From Klebsormidium nitens (Eukaryota > Plantae > Klebsormidiophyceae), in the NCBI GenBank assembly GCA_000708835.1, contig DF236965.1:310001-374000 (forward strand): 64,000 nucleotides of DNA, read 5' to 3'. Below, piece after piece: positions 59,445 to 64,000 of this stretch (positions are counted from its first letter, which is position 1; the number at the start of each line of letters is the position of its first letter). Below the pieces are notes generated by a model. The model worked only from the letters and a program-made list of their open reading frames with translations. It made no database searches and was not told where the DNA came from. The translations under genes and the position numbers were made by a program.

Positions 59445-60422
59445 CTAGCTGACGAAACAAGCAAGGTAGATCACTTCGAACAGAAGGATGGGGGTGAAGC
59501 TCAGCGTCGCAAATGCCGAGACAAACGTCTTGAAAGGAATCTCGCCTTTATCATCATTCCAGGTCTGTGGATCCGCCGACAGATACTCCCCGTATGGAGA
59601 ACCCGCCGCCAGAATCTGAGCGCACATGCCCTTGGGCATGCCTATGTAGAATTGAAAGAGGGGTCTTTCGCTTCCCCCATCCCGACGTCTGGTGGCCTTG
59701 CAACGATGAAGACTCAGCGAAATGTTGTTGGCTTGAAGAAGAGGGTTGATCTTGGTGTCCGGATCAGGCAGGTTGAAGCTTCGGAGTTCATCAACGTTTT
59801 CCGACCAGTTCCCCGTCAGCACTAAGCTGACTATCAGGCCCACGAAGATTGAAATTATGAAGACCGAAACGAGCATCTCTCCAATATCGATGTACTGCGC
59901 TCTGCATATCTGGCAGACGCTTTTGGTCAAACAGAAGGTAACGACCAGAAGTGCTAGCGCCCCCGGCCAGTCAGCTAAGCTCAGCCACCTACGGAGCGTG
60001 AAAAGCCAGAATCTGCCATGGGCCGAATACTCCTCCTCAGGCCAAGGTGCCATGGGAGGTGGAAGTTGGCAGCCGTTGGTATGTTCAACCACGTAGAAGT
60101 TGAACAAAGCCCCCATCTGCAGAAGATAGTCCTCGCACTTGATGAGCTGCAGCGGGGGGTCTGACGGCAAGAGGTAGTTCTTCAGCGTCGTGTTGGTGCG
60201 GAGGTACTCGTTGATGGGAGTCGGTTCAGGCAGTGTTAGGTTGCCATACGCAGGCGGCAGGGCACCCAGGACATAGCTGGTCTCCACGAGCGTCTTCACT
60301 CTCGTGTCGTGCTGTACGGCGCCAACTTGAACGCCAGCAAGGAACAGACAGAACAAAATAACCGCAAGCCAGCTTGTCTCAAGCATCCATGGACGAAGAG
60401 TAGTCTTGCCAGTGGCCTCCAT
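59445..60422 (-). CDS. Intronless 325-aa putative membrane protein of unknown function
   Basis: Uninterrupted ORF with an N-terminal hydrophobic segment (WLAVILFCLFLAGV), two adjacent central hydrophobic segments, a C-terminal one and several N-x-S/T sequons. No family recognised. Confidence 0.6.
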   Translation of the reverse strand: MEATGKTTLRPWMLETSWLAVILFCLFLAGVQVGAVQHDTRVKTLVETSYVLGALPPAYGNLTLPEPTPINEYLRTNTTLKNYLLPSDPPLQLIKCEDYLLQMGALFNFYVVEHTNGCQLPPPMAPWPEEEYSAHGRFWLFTLRRWLSLADWPGALALLVVTFCLTKSVCQICRAQYIDIGEMLVSVFIISIFVGLIVSLVLTGNWSENVDELRSFNLPDPDTKINPLLQANNISLSLHRCKATRRRDGGSERPLFQFYIGMPKGMCAQILAAGSPYGEYLSADPQTWNDDKGEIPFKTFVSAFATLSFTPILLFEVIYLACFVS

Positions 60423-62192
60423 GGCGAGCTATCAGCAGCAGTCGGTTTGTTCAGCAAAAGCCCCTCGCTAACAAGCTTAGCAGCGTCAGTCCTTTAGTAT
60501 AGCTAGCCCGCTTCGACTTGTGATCTACTGACGGAATCCGCGAAGGAAGAGGAAATTGCGGCGCCCTGCTGAACACCCTATCTCAGCTGTTAGCAATTCA
60601 CCAGAACAAAACCACCAGCCTGATTGTGCACTCTCTCTTTGAGCAAGACATATTGGCACGTGATCCGAGGTATGGTCTGCCACGTGCTGCTTTCGAGAAC
60701 AGTCTGAAGCCGTTCGATCAGAAACCAGCGGTTGCCTGAAGGACAGCTCCGCGCAGAGGCTACCGTACAGTCTCGTGGCTGTTATACCGGGTATCTGACT
60801 TTGACAAGTCCCAACTTTTGAGCTCCAGCAATGAAAGGTGAGATTGCCAACTGGACGATCGACCGGCTCTCGTTTAGCAAATGATTGCGTAAACCCAAGA
60901 ACAGGTGTTAGCGGCGTAACCATGGTGGCTTTGTTCAAGCTTACAAGACTTCTTGTAAGCAATGAAATTGGTGAAGATACGCGAAAGCTGTGCAAGATGG
61001 CCTGTTCACGTGGCTTCGTTAAAGCAGCCTAACCGATTTACGGAAAATGGATACCCGGTATAACAGCCACGAGAGTCCATATCGCTCGTCTCGTGCCATT
61101 TCTACTTTTTCATCGAGGGAGGACTCCTTTGTAGCCAATCTAGGCCGTCGGATGGTGCAATGCACTTTTTGATCGGACGGCTCTTTGTGTCCGACGTGGA
61201 AAGTAGCTTCAAAAAAGTCGCTAAAAACTTGTTAAAAGTGCACTGCGGTTGGTACCAGACCGGGTAGCTGGAAGGCACCGGATACCTTTCATAATGCCAC
61301 GTCAATAAAGATTCCTCTTCGAGTCTTGGTCCAAAAGGGGAGTCCAAGATAAGGACACTCCAGACTGAAGATGTGAAAAATCTGACTCGGTATAAAGGGC
61401 ACGAGAATGGTCGGGTAGACTGACGAAGTTGAAGTCATATGAGATGCAGTCTCAATAGCTCTCTCGGACCTCTTCTACTCCCACATCCGATTGCAGTGCA
61501 TACTATTTTTCGAGAGTCGATCTCTCCTGAAATATCAACCTACTAATCCCACTTTGGAAATACCGTGACTATCTCTGAGACCGAGGACCCCTGACGATGC
61601 AGAAACGGCATAGAGCGGTGGCCTGCAAGTATGCTGTCACGGACTTTCTTTGATTTCCGACAAGACTGGTTTCAAAGGAATCGAGGCGAGGTCAACAGGA
61701 CAACAAGTAGATCTAGAAGGCGCTCTAGATCTTCAGAGCCTCCCATCAGAGGCAGCATGTCATATTCGCTTTCAGCGACAATTGGGAGCAGATTGCTGAG
61801 ATTTTCATACTTTTAGCAGTGCGCAATGCTGCGTTTGTGACGAGCTATGCCAGCTTCGTGCGCAAGTCGAGTGGATCTGTACATGAAAAGGATCCAGTCT
61901 CAAGGATGTTGCCATCTTTCTGGTTTCCACATGTTGCTGACAAATGTGGTCTTCAGGAGGAGGTCGTGGTGCCCCCCAATGTGTCTCGCGGAGCCTTCAA
62001 AAAACTTCCGTCAAAGCTGTGGAAGTATGTGATTCACGCGCTGGAGGGGGATCTCTGCTACCATCGTTTATGTGCCTACGTTGCGTGCTTCGGGACTGTG
62101 TATGACGCAGGAACTTTTATTTGAAGGAGGGGTCCAGATGGAAGCCCGGATGTAAAAAGTCCTAGCTGCCTAGCGCCGCTCTATAGTAGGAT

Positions 62193-62512
62193 TGTTAGAA
62201 TTGGGTTAGCAATTCTGGTCAATCGAATAACCAAGTGGTTGAGGAATCAACGGTCAAAGATACGAGTGATGAATGGCTGAGATTTAGGCGGGAAACGGTG
62301 TTGATCAGGAAAGCTAAACGGTCCAGATTGAGTCTGCAGATAGAGTGTAAGACTCTATAAAGACTGAGCAGATCGAACATGATTGTAATCAACACAACAG
62401 AGAAGCATGATAGAGAAGCAAGGCGCCTGTGAAAGGCGCTCGTGCTATTGTCTCGTGTGCAACATGTGACTGTCCATGAAGTGCAACGATGCAATGCGCC
62501 GATATTCCAACA
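62193..62512 (+). mobile_element. 5' LTR (320 bp) of a Ty1/copia retrotransposon
   Basis: TGTTAGAAT...ATTCCAACA ends (8/9 inverted), internal TATAAA (~62356), followed directly by a primer-binding site and gag. Confidence 0.85.
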
Positions 62513-62525
62513 GGTTATGGGCCCA
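62513..62525 (+). promoter_or_regulatory. Primer-binding site GGTTATGGGCCCA (half tRNA-iMet type)
   Basis: Abuts the LTR 3' CA. Complementary to the anticodon arm of initiator tRNA-Met, the priming mode of Drosophila copia and yeast Ty5. Confidence 0.8.
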
Positions 62526-62639
62526 CGCCACGAGGTGAAGGCGCGGCTTGATGGACATGAGGTGAAGAGGGAGTGAAGAATGGTCTGCTGAAGAGAAGAA
62601 GAGGAGCTCAAGAAGAAGAGCTCGAGAGAAGCTGAAAAG

Positions 62640-64000
62640 ATGGCGGCGATTGAGAGGATCTCAATTCCGCAGCTGGGGACTGACAATTGGCCTGTGTTCA
62701 AGGACAAGTTTCTGGCGTTGCTAGTGTACAAAGGGCTGGCAGTGGCAATTGAGCAGCCTGATTCAGCAGAAGGGAAGAAAGCGAATGATCAAGCTAGAGC
62801 GTTGATCACTCCCTATATCCAAGATGCGCATGTGAGATTGATCAAAGGAGAAAAGTCTGCTGCAAGAGCATGGGAAAAGCTGCAGCAGAACTTCGAGAAG
62901 ATCAGTAATGCAAGGGTGATTCAGCTTAGAAAGAAGCTGACACGCATGAAGCTGAAGCCGAAGCAAGCGATCGTTGAGTACTTGGGAGAGTTCAAGGAGA
63001 TCAAGCTGGACCTTGAATCAGCAAACCAGACAGTTGACGACATGGAGCTTGCCGTGCATGCATTGACAGGCCTTCCAAAGGAGTATTCAACTCTGGTGGA
63101 AATCTTGGAGAACGGAGAAATGGAGCTGAACTTGGACAACATCCAGTCGAAGCTCGTGCAAAGAGAACAGAAGTTGAAAATGGAGGCCGAGATTGAGAGC
63201 AAGAGTTCAGAAGAAGAAGAAGAAGAAGAAAGGGACACATCAATGGCATTTTCAGCGCGAAGGGTGGAACCCTAGCAACTCAAGACCAGCGGAAAGAGGT
63301 CAGGATGCTAGAAGATGCTTTTGCTGTGGGGAAGAGGGCCACATCAAGGCGAACTGCAGAATGAAAGATGCAGAGTGCCACAACTGTGGCGGGAGAGGAC
63401 ACATGAAAGTGGTCTGCAGAAAGCCTAAAAGGTCAGCTGGAGAGCAAGCCTTTTCTGGATTCTCGAGGACGCTAGCATTCAATGCTTGGGACAACGGAAC
63501 AGCTAGGCAATCAGGTGCTTGGATAGTGGACTCAGGTAGCACGCAGCATGTTGCAGCAGATCGAAGTCAGTTCAAGCACTACAGAAAGTTCAACAAGCCT
63601 GAAAGCATCGAAGGGATTGGAGGACAACACGTTTTTGCAGTGGGAATAGGCTCAATAGAGTTGCTCTGTGAAACTCCTCGAGGCAAGACGCTGGTGACAT
63701 TGCAAGAAGTGCGTCATGTGCCAGAAGCCAAGGCAAATTTGTTGTCTCTGAGCAAGGCAACCGATGCAGGAGCAGAAGTGGTGATGAAAAAGGGAGTCTG
63801 CCAGATTGTGGTGAACAACGTGGTGCAGCTGCGGGCATTGCAAGAGAATGGTCTGTGGAGAATCGAGTCTGTGGGAGCTGAGCAGAAGTCATTCTTCACA
63901 AGGGGACCAATCAAGAGAGAGGAGACAGTGCAGAAACAGGAGAAGACTGTCAAGGAGAAGAAGGAGGAAAAGAGGACGGTCAAGATGATCGAGGTTGACC
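62640..64000 (+). mobile_element. Ty1/copia gag-protease ORF, +1 frameshift near 63255-63275, truncated by the window end
   Basis: Gag NWPVFKDKF...AWEKLQQNF...LTGLPKEYSTLV. In the next frame: two CCHC knuckles (CFCCGEEGHIKANC, CHNCGGRGHMKVVC), protease WIVDSGSTQH and VRHVPEAKANLLSLSK. Confidence 0.9.

Noticed and set aside
60525-60995. 156-aa ORF containing SDHVPI, like the end of an APE-type endonuclease
   Set aside because: A single short motif with none of the other endonuclease motifs or a following RT.
61479-61490. tcccacatccg resembling the plant snRNA/telomerase-RNA USE element
   Set aside because: No correctly spaced TATA box, template sequence or recognisable snRNA downstream.

Overview
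Intron-rich eukaryotic DNA with GC3-rich exons, most likely a streptophyte green alga such as Klebsormidium. This is inferred from plant-like RPB2, VPS2 and TERT proteins, a root-cap domain family and a (TTTTAGGG)4 tract. From left to right: a decayed ORF relic and small inverted-repeat elements; root-cap/LEA-related secreted protein copy A (+); an interstitial telomere-type repeat; RNA polymerase II second-largest subunit RPB2 (-) head-to-head with ESCRT-III VPS2 (+); root-cap copy B (-), which with copy A forms a ~4.3 kb inverted duplication bracketing RPB2 and VPS2; two more inverted-repeat elements; a peroxisomal (SKL) 4CL-like acyl-CoA ligase (+); a very large (~2,300 aa) TERT (-) whose probable first exon overlaps the start of an LCAT-like acyltransferase (+); a class-3 lipase pseudogene; an intronless orphan membrane protein (-); and the 5' end of a Ty1/copia LTR element with a half-tRNA-iMet primer site. 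The most unusual pattern is that introns of four unrelated genes carry degenerate tandem copies of their own adjacent exon/intron junctions ('ghost' junctions), one of which has only synonymous changes. All exon boundaries were read by eye, with no alignment or database search.
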